Assembly: GCA_964512835.1 (NCBI GenBank)
Contig: CAZELA010000001.1
Coordinates: forward strand, 297,372 to 361,371
Length of the DNA: 64,000 nt
Source of the DNA: an uncultured Candidatus Saccharibacteria bacterium
GTDB taxonomy: Bacteria > Patescibacteriota > Minisyncoccia > Phycocordibacterales > UBA2100
Reading direction: 5' to 3'
Shown here: positions 1-10,023 of the stretch, piece after piece
Layout of the letters: every line of letters starts with the position of its first letter
Position numbering within the stretch: the stretch's first letter is position 1
Notes under the pieces: model-generated
Told to the model about the DNA's origin: nothing
The model's input: the letters and a program-made list of their open reading frames with translations, nothing else
The model's database searches: none
Translations under genes and position numbers: made by a program

Positions 1-6
1 CCTGCG

Positions 7-660
7 GTGCGCTCGCGCATCCAGGGCCGATTCGCCATCAACGGTGCCGAAACGGTTGAAGATGCGCTCGACCAGATGCAGCGCTCCCGCAAAAAGTACG
101 CGGACCAGCCGGAATTCATCAATCTGAAGGATCCGACCTGGTACGCGTACCAAAGCAAGCAAGGTGCTTTGAGGTCGCTCGCCGACGCTGCGCAGACACG
201 AGATGTGCCGGAGAATCCGATAATGAAGGATATCTTCGGTGCTGTCGCGAAGGAGTACGGTCCGGATACGCACGAGTTCTTCGCGCGTCTCTATGTTGCC
301 GTGACCGAGCGGTACCCCGCGTTTTCCTCGCGTGACCTGCGGAATATTGATTCCGCAACGGACCTGCGCGTCATGGACTTCGATGTCCCGGACGAATGGT
401 TCGAGAAGAATGACGTATTCCATGATCAGGATCTTGCCCGTCAGACGGCGATGGTCCTCGAGCTCCGGAATGCGAACATGAAAGGTCTGCGATACGGCGA
501 CATCGTTCGTCAGGAATGGGTGCGGTATCTCGACAACTACGCCACGATCGCTGATCAGCAATTCGACCGCGAGGTCGAAGCTGAGCTTCATGCGATCCGT
601 GTGCGTGAGGAAGTGAGGCGCCGCCTCGGCATCAAGACCGAACTCAAGGGAGCAGCGTAA
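7..660 (+). CDS. hypothetical protein (217 aa; may be 5'-truncated by window edge)
   Basis: Complete ORF in six-frame track. Stop TAA 658-660 abuts ATG 661 of next gene (TAAATG), suggesting translational coupling. No family recognised. Confidence 0.5.
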   Translation: MRSRIQGRFAINGAETVEDALDQMQRSRKKYADQPEFINLKDPTWYAYQSKQGALRSLADAAQTRDVPENPIMKDIFGAVAKEYGPDTHEFFARLYVAVTERYPAFSSRDLRNIDSATDLRVMDFDVPDEWFEKNDVFHDQDLARQTAMVLELRNANMKGLRYGDIVRQEWVRYLDNYATIADQQFDREVEAELHAIRVREEVRRRLGIKTELKGAA

Positions 661-1923
661 ATGACGATCATGCCGCAGTTGGTGGCGGCCGGGCTCTTCG
701 GGCGCGGCCTCATCACCGTAAACGACGGCGTACTCGTGGACCGTTACAACGCGTGTCTTGCCGAAATGGATCTGCAGCAGACAAAGCTGCAGACCTTCCA
801 GATCGACAAGATGGGCTGGAGTCCCGAGATCGCCGCCGAACAGGGCAACGACTACTACCTGTCGCACGGGGATGCGAATCCTCTGGCGATAGTGCTGATG
901 CCCGAGCAGTGCTCGCCCAAAGTGCCGATCTATTTCCCGCAACACTCGTTCGATTGGGAATTGATGGCGCAATGGGACAAGGCTCACCGCACGCAGGTAT
1001 TCGAGCTGACACGCGACACCGCGATCTGGCTTGATATCGACCAGGAGGTCGATCTCTACCAGAGCCCCGGTGACCTGCTGACGGTCTACGAAGTGATGGT
1101 GCGCGCGCGGACGCCCGACGGGCTCATCGCGCGCGCCAAAGTGCAGCACGACCTCGTGAACGAATTCATCCGCACGGAAGATTCGTACCTCGACGGCGCG
1201 CTCATCGAAAAGATCCGCGTTAACCGCAACGAGAACGGCGACTTGCGCAAGCGAGCGCTCGTGATCCGCGATTACGCGTTTTCTGATCTGCGCAACTTCT
1301 ACTCGCGCGCGTTCGGGGGTGTATTTATCTTCCGTTCGCGCGGGGAACCGCTCATCATGTGCCGCGACCCCAAGATCGCACGCAAGTACGGTCTGGACGT
1401 CGCGGGGGAACACATGCATGAGAAATTGCTCTCGCGCGGGTACGCCCAGAACGACGTCAACTGGTGGCGAAGCAACCTCTACCGGTTGCAGATCATCGCG
1501 GAGTCGTTTCTGATGGACGTGCTGGATAAGGAGGAGCCCGAGCTCGAGTTCCTCTCGCTCAACAGCGCGGAGCAGAAGGCGATCATTCGGAAATACGGCG
1601 ACCAGCTCGGGATCCATCTCGAACTGCGTCGTCTGATCCGGCAGCTCGAGAACGGCGAGACGAACGTTCGTGTGGGACATGAAGCATCACGCTTCCTGAT
1701 CCATTCGGCGGCCGATCTCACGCCCGTTACTCGGGAAGTGGTCGGACAGCTTCTCACCTACATCAACGGTGGGCGGCTCGTGCCGTTGTTCTATCGACAC
1801 CAAAAGACGGAGTTCGCGAAGGCGTTTGCCACGGAGTGGAAGACGCCGAAGCGACAGTGGGCCCTGACTCGAATCAGGGAGCACTACGATCTGGCGAGTA
1901 AGTCCTCGCCGACGCCGTCGTAA
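661..1923 (+). CDS. hypothetical protein (420 aa)
   Basis: Long ORF, high-GC codon usage, start abuts the upstream stop. No motifs recognised. Confidence 0.5.
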   Translation: MTIMPQLVAAGLFGRGLITVNDGVLVDRYNACLAEMDLQQTKLQTFQIDKMGWSPEIAAEQGNDYYLSHGDANPLAIVLMPEQCSPKVPIYFPQHSFDWELMAQWDKAHRTQVFELTRDTAIWLDIDQEVDLYQSPGDLLTVYEVMVRARTPDGLIARAKVQHDLVNEFIRTEDSYLDGALIEKIRVNRNENGDLRKRALVIRDYAFSDLRNFYSRAFGGVFIFRSRGEPLIMCRDPKIARKYGLDVAGEHMHEKLLSRGYAQNDVNWWRSNLYRLQIIAESFLMDVLDKEEPELEFLSLNSAEQKAIIRKYGDQLGIHLELRRLIRQLENGETNVRVGHEASRFLIHSAADLTPVTREVVGQLLTYINGGRLVPLFYRHQKTEFAKAFATEWKTPKRQWALTRIREHYDLASKSSPTPS

Positions 1924-2071
1924 GTCAAAAAACTCATACTGTTCTCACATTCAAAGCATGGAAGGCGACCCCTTCCATGCTTTTTGTTTTTATGGTATAA
2001 TAGTTCCAGATTCCGTCTCAAAAAGTCGGAACTGTTCTACTGATCTTCACACTAGAAAAGGGGTTACAGAC

Positions 2072-2722
2072 ATGATCGCCTCTGTTACTACGTGGGTCAC
2101 AGGCTACCTGTTTTGGTGGCTGTGCGGATTCCTCGTCCTCGGCATCGTGCTACAGGTCATCGACATGTTCACGGTGAAGTACGAGGACTCACCGTGGGTG
2201 CCGTCGTACCGCAAATGGTACAACCGCTCACGGCCCGTTGATCAGCAGCTGCCTCCGGGCACTATGGGTTGGTTCTATAACCAGCCGCTTCGCCGGCGTC
2301 ACAACCGCGCGATGCTCGTTTCGGGCGCGCAGTCACTCGGAGCAGTCGCGTTCGGGTCGAATGCGTTACTCGAATTCGTCGCATTTCTTGCAGAAACGTG
2401 GGTGACATTGCCGGGCCTCTGGCTCGGACTGTTCGCCTTCAACTATCTGTGGAAACAGGACGAGTACATCGAGCGGGCCGATCAAATTCGCACGCGGATG
2501 ATGGGGATGTCGTGGCAGGCTCTGGTCGCGAAAGTCAGCGCGCTGTTTGCGCGTCGGACGATCGCGAGTATGACGCCGATGAATGCACCGACTTCACCAT
2601 CAGCTCCTGCGACGTCGCAACCGGCTCCCGCGCAACCCGCGACGCCGGTCGCACGACCGAAAGACGGCGGCATGAGCGCCGCCGATATCATCGCACGGCA
2701 CAAAGACGGGAGGGCGATTTGA
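2072..2722 (+). CDS. small membrane protein with Pro/Ala-rich C-terminus
   Basis: ATG 2072 preceded by AAAAGGGG. Two predicted TM helices (WVTGYLFWWLCGFLVLGIVLQVI). C-terminus APTSPSAPATSQPAPAQPATP. Confidence 0.5.
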   Translation: MIASVTTWVTGYLFWWLCGFLVLGIVLQVIDMFTVKYEDSPWVPSYRKWYNRSRPVDQQLPPGTMGWFYNQPLRRRHNRAMLVSGAQSLGAVAFGSNALLEFVAFLAETWVTLPGLWLGLFAFNYLWKQDEYIERADQIRTRMMGMSWQALVAKVSALFARRTIASMTPMNAPTSPSAPATSQPAPAQPATPVARPKDGGMSAADIIARHKDGRAI

Positions 2723-4392
2723 ACTCGCACGAAACGTTTCCGGAGCGCGCAATCGCGCTCGACTGGGAGTGGCAGCCGCCGCACTACAAACTCGCGTTTT
2801 CGAGCTACGGCTCGCAGGCGTGGGGATTCGTCGTGCAGCACCGCACTGCGTTTGTGAGTGTCGCGCTTGCGCTCGCGTTCGGACTCTTCGTATTCCGATA
2901 CGAGTTTCAGCCGACGGCGGTTGCGCTGCGTATCTACGCGGACGCGATCGTCGTCACCGGAGCGGTGTACGCACTGACATGGTATGTGCTCGCACGGTAC
3001 TTCACCAAGTGGAAGCGAATGCGCTTCGTCGGCACCATTGCCGGCGTGGCCGTCGCGCTTGCGCTTATGTGGGCGGGCACGAGCGTGCACAGGTATATCG
3101 GTCAGTACTGGCGTTACAAGACACTCAATCTTGTCGAGCTGGATCGGATGCCGATCACAGAGCACGAGCGTGTGCTGTCGCTCAACGGCATCTACACGCT
3201 CGCCAAATCGCTGCGCGATCAGACCGAGCGTGTGTCGAAACCGACGTTCATCAAAACGCCGACGGGCTATTGCTGGTCCATGGCGGTCGAACCCGACCGT
3301 TTGTGGCAGCAATGGCACGACGACATCGATGAGGTCTTGTGTGTGCCCGGCGGCGACTCATCGCCCGATCTTGCGAGGCGCGGGCTCATCCCCGTGCACC
3401 TCACGTTCGGCGAGAATCTGCTCTGGTCACGCAACATCGACACCTGCTCGCGACGCGCGCTCGGACTGTTCCGGTTCTTCAGTTATGAACCGGAGCGACC
3501 GTTCGTTGCGGAGCGTGACGGCAAGCGTGTGTGGATTGTGCCGTGGATCAGATGGGTCGGTACACTCGGTGTGTTCTTCCCGCGGCCGGAGTTCGGCGGC
3601 GTGCAGATCATTCCTGAGACACCGGAGTATTCAGCACTCCGCCGTTGGCTCTGGGAGGCGCCGAAACGCGTTCTCACCGGCTGCGGAGAATGGATACCTG
3701 CGCAGGACGTGCACAATCACGAATTCCTGCGTGGCCAGAATCTGATGCCGGACAGCGTTTCGCGCTCGTATGCCGAATCGTTCCGGTTCCAGGAAAGCAT
3801 CCTCGGACCGCTCGGCTTCTTCAAGGCCGGCGACGTGCGTATCGCGGACAGCGAAGGCGATATGAACAAGCAGCCGTACACGTCGTACTACAAGATGCCG
3901 CTCTCGGACAACCGGGGCGACAAGCTCTACGACTCGTTCGCACTGGAGCCGAATGACGTGGGAAAGAAGACGCTCGTGACGAGCCTTTTCGTTCCCGGCG
4001 ACGGCATCGGTCCGAGCTATGTTTATCGGCACTCGCTTCGCAACGAAGCACCGATGGGCATTACCTACGTGGACAGTCAGGTGCGCCAATCACGCCCTGA
4101 TTTCTTCTGGTCGGACCGCCGCGTGGAGGAGCATCGTTACTACATCCGTGACCTTCCTGACACGAAGGGCCGGGTGAAGCGGCGCATCATGTACCTCTCC
4201 GTCGTGGTGCTCGTGGAGAAGAAAACGGACGATAAGGGAGCGACGGAAGTCACGACCGGCTCGACTCCGTTCATCGCCATCACCGATTCGGACTCACGCG
4301 AGGTGGAATGGGTTGATGCTCACCACCCCGAACAGTGGGACGAAAAATTGAAGGCCAAGTTCGGCCCTCGGTGGAGCGAACGGGCGAAGTAA
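2719..4392 (+). CDS. large membrane-anchored hypothetical protein (about 557 aa)
   Basis: Long ORF 2398-4392. First plausible start is TTG 2719 overlapping the upstream TGA (start speculative). N-terminal 4 hydrophobic helices then about 400-aa soluble domain of no recognised family. Confidence 0.45.
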   Translation: MNSHETFPERAIALDWEWQPPHYKLAFSSYGSQAWGFVVQHRTAFVSVALALAFGLFVFRYEFQPTAVALRIYADAIVVTGAVYALTWYVLARYFTKWKRMRFVGTIAGVAVALALMWAGTSVHRYIGQYWRYKTLNLVELDRMPITEHERVLSLNGIYTLAKSLRDQTERVSKPTFIKTPTGYCWSMAVEPDRLWQQWHDDIDEVLCVPGGDSSPDLARRGLIPVHLTFGENLLWSRNIDTCSRRALGLFRFFSYEPERPFVAERDGKRVWIVPWIRWVGTLGVFFPRPEFGGVQIIPETPEYSALRRWLWEAPKRVLTGCGEWIPAQDVHNHEFLRGQNLMPDSVSRSYAESFRFQESILGPLGFFKAGDVRIADSEGDMNKQPYTSYYKMPLSDNRGDKLYDSFALEPNDVGKKTLVTSLFVPGDGIGPSYVYRHSLRNEAPMGITYVDSQVRQSRPDFFWSDRRVEEHRYYIRDLPDTKGRVKRRIMYLSVVVLVEKKTDDKGATEVTTGSTPFIAITDSDSREVEWVDAHHPEQWDEKLKAKFGPRWSERAK

Positions 4393-4404
4393 GTTCCTTT
4401 TGAC

Positions 4405-4441
4405 GGGCGGGTCGCAGCGATGCGACCCGCCTTTCTTTTTG
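4405..4441 (+). terminator. rho-independent terminator
   Basis: GGGCGGGTCGCA-gcga-TGCGACCCGCC hairpin followed by TTTCTTTTT. Confidence 0.7.
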
Positions 4442-4503
4442 TATCAGTTGACGTATCGGTATATTTAATGTTTAGTATAAACAGCAATCAGGGGGAGGGC
4501 TTC

Positions 4504-4971
4504 ATGCTCGCTTTTACGAGAAAGTCATGGTTTCCGAAGCTGCCGTCGCTCGATAGCATCAAACATGCAATCTACATGCTCGCGCCGGACCGCTTCCGGA
4601 CGCAGGGCATCGGCGCGAACAAGCGTTTTGTCGAACAGATTCGATACGTTCAGAATCTGTTCGTAAAAACGAACGCCGGAGTCGGTGCCACGGATGCGAA
4701 GGTTTTCGTCTGCAGGAAATGTGCGTCGCGCAGTCTTCCGGCTGTCGCGCGGGAGCTCACGTGCACGCGTGTGGTCCTCGACCGCTCCGTCGTCGGAAAA
4801 GTCATCGGACGCATGCGGTGGCGATTGCCCGAATGCACGACCTGCGACCACGAGTTGTCGCTCGAGGTCACTGATCCGATTCTCATCGACCACGGTCGCC
4901 TGAGCGAAGGATACGTCGACATTCCGGACGACATTCTGCTGTTCTTCGACGCTACCATCGAAGACGCCTGA
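4504..4971 (+). CDS. hypothetical Cys4 (zinc-ribbon-like) protein
   Basis: ATG 4504 preceded by GGGGGAGGG RBS. CRKC ... CTTC cysteine pairs. Confidence 0.45.
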   Translation: MLAFTRKSWFPKLPSLDSIKHAIYMLAPDRFRTQGIGANKRFVEQIRYVQNLFVKTNAGVGATDAKVFVCRKCASRSLPAVARELTCTRVVLDRSVVGKVIGRMRWRLPECTTCDHELSLEVTDPILIDHGRLSEGYVDIPDDILLFFDATIEDA

Positions 4972-4995
4972 CGGTTCATTCAACAGCGCCTGTGT

Positions 4996-5029
4996 TCCCA
5001 CACAGGCGCGCTTCTTTTTATCTGAACGC
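4996..5029 (+). terminator. rho-independent terminator
   Basis: GCGCCTGTG-ttccca-CACAGGCGC hairpin then CTTCTTTTT. Confidence 0.7.
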
Positions 5030-5054
5030 TCAATTGCACTGCTATCCTGTAGGT

Positions 5055-5951
5055 GTGGAATTGCAATCGACGACGTCAACGAAAACGCTGCTTTTTGCGA
5101 TCTTCTTTTTGATCGTACTGTTTTTAGGAGTGACGTATCTGTACGACCTGCAACAACAGGACAGTGTCGCGTATCGGGTCAAACACAATGGCGACATCCC
5201 GGTGATAAAGAACGACGAACAGGCTGCTGCGGCCATGCGCAATGCGCTCATGCCGCTGACGCCGAGCACAGGAGAGGCGGTGACATATGTTGAGGTGGCT
5301 GATTCGTGCAACTGGGCGTATGCGGGTGAATGCGTAAATATTCGCTCCGGTCCGGGGACAGAGTTTCCCGCTGTGACAAAATTGCGAAAGGGGGTTGTGC
5401 TTCGTGTTGAAAAAACCGTGCGCAATAATTTCCGCGACTGGTACAAGATCACGTTTGACGAGTTTGTGCGGTATCCCGAACGCTTGGGACCGGAGCTCTA
5501 TGTTGCGAGCGATGCCGTGAAGGGTTTTCAACTCGAGGCGCCGCATGATCTCAGAAAAAACGAGGTACGTGATGAGAACAAGCGGATCTACGTGGATCTT
5601 TCGGATCAGGTCCTGCGCGCATACGACGGGGACACGCTGTTTATGGTCGCGGACGTATCGACCGGCCTCGACGGCATTCCCACGCCGGTCGGCGCATATG
5701 AAATATTCCGCAAAACACCGAGTAGATACATGCAGGGGCCGATACCCGGACAAACGAGTGACGAATACGATCTGCCCGGAGTGCCGTGGACGATGTATTT
5801 CACCGACGACGGAGCTGCTATCCACGGTGCGTACTGGCACGATGAATTCGGATTTCAACATTCGCACGGTTGCGTGAACTTGCCGCTCAATCTTGCGCGA
5901 AAACTCTATGAGTGGACACCGCTCGGGACGCTCGTGATCGTGCAGCAATAA
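5055..5951 (+). CDS. L,D-transpeptidase (YkuD domain) with SH3b-like domain, membrane anchored
   Basis: C-terminal HGCVNLP catalytic motif and GIPTPVGAYEI typical of YkuD. SH3b-like VNIRSGPGTEFPAVTKLRKGVVL. N-terminal TM anchor. Start GTG 5055 or TTG 5061 after AGGTG; ATG 4992 lies inside the upstream terminator. Confidence 0.75.
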   Translation: MELQSTTSTKTLLFAIFFLIVLFLGVTYLYDLQQQDSVAYRVKHNGDIPVIKNDEQAAAAMRNALMPLTPSTGEAVTYVEVADSCNWAYAGECVNIRSGPGTEFPAVTKLRKGVVLRVEKTVRNNFRDWYKITFDEFVRYPERLGPELYVASDAVKGFQLEAPHDLRKNEVRDENKRIYVDLSDQVLRAYDGDTLFMVADVSTGLDGIPTPVGAYEIFRKTPSRYMQGPIPGQTSDEYDLPGVPWTMYFTDDGAAIHGAYWHDEFGFQHSHGCVNLPLNLARKLYEWTPLGTLVIVQQ

Positions 5952-5953
5952 AT

Positions 5954-5998
5954 AAAAGAAAAGGCGGCCGCAGGAATTCCTGCGGCCGCCATGTTTGT
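5954..5998. terminator. bidirectional terminator between convergent genes
   Basis: GGCGGCCGCAGG-AATT-CCTGCGGCCGCC perfect hairpin flanked by A-run and T-rich tracts. Confidence 0.75.
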
Positions 5999-6007
5999 GC
6001 TGACCGG

Positions 6008-7531
6008 TTAGCGAGAGTAGTTCGGCGCCGGACGAACGATTTTTACGCTCGGGTGCGCTTCGGCCATCCCTGCCTGGGACTGTTCCCAAAACTCCGCGTA
6101 CTGATGCAGGCCGGCAATGTCCGGGACGCCGAGGTATCCCATGCATTTACGGATGCCGCCCGTAAGCTGAATGAGCTCCTTGCGGAGCGGTCCCTTATAG
6201 GGGACCGTGCCTTCGACGCCTTCGGGAACAAGCTCTTCGACATCGAGATCGCTTTCGACGCCGTAGCGATCACGCGCCGCGTCGCTGTCGATCATTGCTC
6301 CCATCGACCCCATGCCGCGATAGAATTTGGCCATCGCGTTACGTTCGGGATCGAACTGAAGTTGCCCCGGCGATTCGTCGGTGCCGGCGAACAGACCGCC
6401 TGCAACAACGAAGTCAGCGCCGGCAGACAGCGCCGCCGCCACATCACCCGAATATTTCAGGCCACCGTCTGCGCCGACCATAACGCCGGAGCCGCAGAGT
6501 GCGCGAGCAACTTCGTACACTGCGGTGATCTGGCCCTTGCCGATACCTGCAACGACACGTGTCGTACAGATCTGGCCCGGTCCTTGTCCGACGAGAACTG
6601 CATGCGCTCCGGCTTCCGCGAGACGAAGTGCGCCTTCGGCGGTGGATACATTGCCGACGACGATGGGAATATTCGGGTGCCTACTGACAACCTTCTTCAC
6701 TGTCTCGATGACGTTTTCGCTGTCACCGTGTGCCGTTGAGATGTAGAGCACGTCGCCGTGCTTACGAACCGCTTCGTGAGCGCGATCCATGGCGTCGTTG
6801 CCCGCCCCGATATCGACCGCAACGCGCAACTGCCCGTTCTTGTCGATATTGAGCGGCAAGTTGCCCGGCTTGAAGATGCGCTCCAGATTCGAGTACAGAT
6901 ACATCTGGACATCTTTACGATTGTCGCCGAGCAGGTACACGACCTTTTTCTTGCGCCTGATCATGAGTTCGTACGCTTCACGTTGCGTGATGCCTTGCGG
7001 TGCGACCACCAGTTGGTCGAACGGTGTCATCGCGTCGCGCACGAGCGTGGAATGATCGTGACAGAACTGGAAGTCGCTCGAGGACATGTGCCCGGCAAGC
7101 TCGCCGGTTGTGTCGACGCACGCGAACGTATCGAACGGGTAGCCCTTTTCCTTTTTCAGGTTGAGGACCTGCTGCACCGTCCAATCACTCATGACCGTAA
7201 TCGGCGTTTTGATCAGGCCGTTGCGGTAGAACTTTACGCGATCCACCTCGCGCGCCTGATTTTCCACGCTCATGCCGCGGCCCTTGTGGAGGACGCCGAT
7301 GCCGCCGTTCTCCGCCATCGCGATTGCCATTCGATGTTCGGTGACCGTATCCATCGGCGACGAGACGAACGGAATATTGAGCGTGACGTCGCCGGCGAAT
7401 GTGGTGCGCACGTCGGTATTTTTGGGCAGAATCTTTGAGTGCCGCGTAGCCATGCGGACCTCGGAGAACACCAGCGAGCGGCGTTCCCGAATTGCTGTAT
7501 CAAGGACCAAGTCCGGAACACGTGCAGTCAT
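6008..7531 (-). CDS. guaB: IMP dehydrogenase
   Basis: IPFVSSPMDTVTE, CBS-domain insert, catalytic loop GPGQICTTR, GIGKGQITAV. Confidence 0.9.
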   Translation of the reverse strand: MTARVPDLVLDTAIRERRSLVFSEVRMATRHSKILPKNTDVRTTFAGDVTLNIPFVSSPMDTVTEHRMAIAMAENGGIGVLHKGRGMSVENQAREVDRVKFYRNGLIKTPITVMSDWTVQQVLNLKKEKGYPFDTFACVDTTGELAGHMSSSDFQFCHDHSTLVRDAMTPFDQLVVAPQGITQREAYELMIRRKKKVVYLLGDNRKDVQMYLYSNLERIFKPGNLPLNIDKNGQLRVAVDIGAGNDAMDRAHEAVRKHGDVLYISTAHGDSENVIETVKKVVSRHPNIPIVVGNVSTAEGALRLAEAGAHAVLVGQGPGQICTTRVVAGIGKGQITAVYEVARALCGSGVMVGADGGLKYSGDVAAALSAGADFVVAGGLFAGTDESPGQLQFDPERNAMAKFYRGMGSMGAMIDSDAARDRYGVESDLDVEELVPEGVEGTVPYKGPLRKELIQLTGGIRKCMGYLGVPDIAGLHQYAEFWEQSQAGMAEAHPSVKIVRPAPNYSR

Positions 7532-7627
7532 TGGAGCCTCCGGGGTTTTGCATCTATAAATGCAGAAAATCGGGCTTGCGGCCCGACAACTGCCTCAGAA
7601 TAGCCCTGAAGCACGGCATATGCAACC

Positions 7628-7662
7628 GAAAAAAGATAGGGTCGGCTCTGGCGAGCCGACCC
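7628..7662 (-). terminator. rho-independent terminator of the GH1 gene
   Basis: GGGTCGGCTC-tggc-GAGCCGACCC hairpin followed on minus strand by TTTTTTCGG. Confidence 0.7.
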
Positions 7663-7678
7663 GTTGATCGTAAAAGAA

Positions 7679-9022
7679 CTAGACGGCAGTAGCGACAATC
7701 GGCCGCGAGATCACGCTGGCATACCTGCCCGCGAGCTCCAGCGTGCGGCCGTTCGCGTAAATGATGTCGCGGTACAGCACCGCAGAGAATCGCGGATGGC
7801 GCTTTTGGGTCGTGCGGTCGACCATGAACAGTCCGAATGTTGGGCCGAACCCGTACTTCCATTCGAAGTTATCCATCAATGACCAATGCAGATATCCGAT
7901 CAGTGGGACGCCTTCGCGCACGGCTTTTTCGAGCCAGCCGATAGATTCCCAGAGATACCAGCATCGCCGGTGATCGAGCTGTTCGGATATTGCGTGCCCA
8001 TGCTCAGTTACCATGACGGGAACCTTGTAGCGGGCGTACGTCTCCGTGACCGTGTGGTAGATGGCCTCGGGGCACATGCCCCAATGCTCGTGCTTCGCGC
8101 CGATCATGTCGGAGCGGACCGGATGGTCGGTGCACGGATCGTGCCCCTCCCATCCGAAGCGATTCTTCGTCGCGTCGGCGGTGTCCCAGTACGAATGCAT
8201 GTAGGTCTGAATGCCGACAAAGTCGACAAGGCCTGCGGCATGCAACGGGTCGATCCAGTCCGTGTGGAACTTGTCTTCCTGAGCCTTCTGTGCGGGATCA
8301 TTCGATGAGTTCCAATTGATAGCCATCGCGATACCGACCTGCGCATCCGGCAAGAGCTCCTTGATGAGCGTGTGCGACGCACGATACGCGCCCTGCAATT
8401 GCCGGAATGCTTCCCAATACCCGCCTTCGCTTGCCATCTGCGGCGGCCACATATCCCAGCGATACGAGAACGTCGCATAGACGTTGGGCTCGTTCAAGAC
8501 CGTGAAGTACTTGATTGCGCCGAGATAGGGCAGAACCTTTTGTACGAGTCGGGCGAATTGCTCCGCCGCGTCGTACTGCGTCCAGCCGCCGACACGTTCG
8601 AACCACCGCGGATGCGTCCAGTGGTACAGCGTGATGATCGGGATGAGTCCCATCGAGCGCGCCGTGTTGCACATGTCGCGATAGCGGTTGAGCTCGGCTT
8701 CGTCGTAGACACCCTGTTCGGGTTCGAGACGGAGCCAGTCGATGCTGAATCGGATGGCGTTGTGACCGAACGCATGCGCCATCGAGAAGTCCTGCTTGTA
8801 GTGCTCGTTGAACTTGCACGCGTCGCCGGCGATGAATTCGCGCAGGCGTTTCGGTTCTACTCCGTCCTGCAGCAATTGCCGCAGGCGCGGCTTTGAACGT
8901 TCCCAGTCCGGCCAGTTGCCTTGTGTGCCGCCGCTGACCTGATACTCCGCCATCGCCGCTCCCCACAGAAACCCTTTCGGAAACGGTGTATACGACGGTG
9001 CCCGTACGCCTCGTAGTGCCAT
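7679..9022 (-). CDS. glycoside hydrolase family 1 beta-glucosidase
   Basis: FLWGAAMAEYQVSGG, TLYHWTHP, acid/base LNEP, nucleophile VTEHG (TENG-like). Start at MALRG (ATG 9022); ORF extends further upstream. Confidence 0.85.
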   Translation of the reverse strand: MALRGVRAPSYTPFPKGFLWGAAMAEYQVSGGTQGNWPDWERSKPRLRQLLQDGVEPKRLREFIAGDACKFNEHYKQDFSMAHAFGHNAIRFSIDWLRLEPEQGVYDEAELNRYRDMCNTARSMGLIPIITLYHWTHPRWFERVGGWTQYDAAEQFARLVQKVLPYLGAIKYFTVLNEPNVYATFSYRWDMWPPQMASEGGYWEAFRQLQGAYRASHTLIKELLPDAQVGIAMAINWNSSNDPAQKAQEDKFHTDWIDPLHAAGLVDFVGIQTYMHSYWDTADATKNRFGWEGHDPCTDHPVRSDMIGAKHEHWGMCPEAIYHTVTETYARYKVPVMVTEHGHAISEQLDHRRCWYLWESIGWLEKAVREGVPLIGYLHWSLMDNFEWKYGFGPTFGLFMVDRTTQKRHPRFSAVLYRDIIYANGRTLELAGRYASVISRPIVATAV

Positions 9023-9073
9023 GGCAAACCCCTTTTTTGCCTTATTGAACCTCCAAATGTGTACACCCGCGGC

Positions 9074-9115
9074 GCCCAAAAAGAAAGCGCCGATGGAAAC
9101 GGTTCCATCGGCGCT
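9074..9115 (-). terminator. rho-independent terminator of the GH17-like gene
   Basis: AGCGCCGATGGAAACGGTTCCATCGGCGCT hairpin followed on minus strand by CTTTCTTTTTGGG. Confidence 0.7.
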
Positions 9116-9119
9116 TGTA

Positions 9120-9926
9120 CTACGCAACAACGAGTTCAACAGGCCAATACTTGCGCGGGGAATTCGCGGATTCGCGAATGCCCCAGTGTGCTCCGGGCAA
9201 GCCCTCGAACTGAATCTTCCAGAGTTCATTGAACGCTTCGAACCAGAAGATCACAACGCCGTTACGACGTGACCACGCGATCATCTCGCTGCAGTAGCGC
9301 GCAGCACTTTCCATAGATGCGACCGACGAATGCCGAATGCCGTCGGGCGTTTCCCATGAATGTGTGCCGCCGTCTGACGGCCATCCCGTTTCCAGAATGA
9401 TCGTCGGCTTGTAGCTGCTTGCGACCCTGATCCGTCGGTACATGCTGTCAAAATCGCTGTGCGCATGCTCAATCGGGACACCATGCCAGAACGGGTAGTA
9501 GTGCATGCCGACCACGTCGCACTCGCGCATGACCTCCGGATGCAAGAGCAAGAGCTTTGCGTCCTCCGCGGTTGTTACGAGCGTACCTTTCGGGACACGT
9601 GCTTTGACGTACCGCAGACATGCGATCAGTGTTTCGGGCGAGACTCGTTTGAACAGCAGCGATTCATTTCCCACGATTACGAGTCGCGGCCTGAACGTGT
9701 GTGCGGTCTCGATCAATTCGTCGAGTGCGATCTTGTGAAGACTTGCGTCTTCGCCGAGCCATGCGCCCGGCACGATCTTGAGACCGTTTCGAATGGCCTC
9801 GAGATAGTAGGGTTCGTTGCCGTACATGCGGATCGCGTAGGCGTCCCGCGCAACCGTTATGAGAGCGGGGGTCACGATGTGCGGCTCGCGACCGACCGAG
9901 AAACACAGTCCGTCGAGCTTGATCAT
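9120..9926 (-). CDS. GH17-like glucan endo-1,3-beta-glucosidase family protein
   Basis: VIVGNES and ILETGWPSDGG match the two catalytic-glutamate motifs of GH17 (VGNE / ETGWPS). Confidence 0.6.
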   Translation of the reverse strand: MIKLDGLCFSVGREPHIVTPALITVARDAYAIRMYGNEPYYLEAIRNGLKIVPGAWLGEDASLHKIALDELIETAHTFRPRLVIVGNESLLFKRVSPETLIACLRYVKARVPKGTLVTTAEDAKLLLLHPEVMRECDVVGMHYYPFWHGVPIEHAHSDFDSMYRRIRVASSYKPTIILETGWPSDGGTHSWETPDGIRHSSVASMESAARYCSEMIAWSRRNGVVIFWFEAFNELWKIQFEGLPGAHWGIRESANSPRKYWPVELVVA

Positions 9927-10023
9927 GTGAAGGTCCTCCTCTGCACCGTACTGTATCGCATTCGAGCAAAAGAAAGCCGCCTTCCCAACGAATTCGGGAA
10001 GGCGGCAAGTTTCGGTTCGGATT

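Noticed and set aside
2482-4089. Several minus-strand and alternative-frame ORFs (for example 2482-3318 minus, 2769-3332, 2984-3745, 3631-4089 minus) inside the 2719-4392 gene
   Set aside because: Arg/Ala/Cys-rich low-complexity translations typical of wrong-frame high-GC sequence. They are mutually overlapping and only the 2398-4392 frame gives membrane helices and a normal composition.
4992-5054. ATG 4992 as start of the L,D-transpeptidase gene
   Set aside because: The codon lies inside the upstream terminator hairpin (4996-5029). A GTG/TTG start at 5055-5061 follows an AGGTG Shine-Dalgarno-like sequence and begins at the signal-anchor sequence.
7532-7627. Possible riboswitch or PurR-type operator in the guaB 5' leader (TGCATTTATAGATGCA inverted repeat, GGGCCGCAAGCCC hairpin)
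   Set aside because: Sequence does not match any riboswitch class I can recognise by eye, and the inverted repeat differs from the PurR box. Left as an unassigned leader structure.
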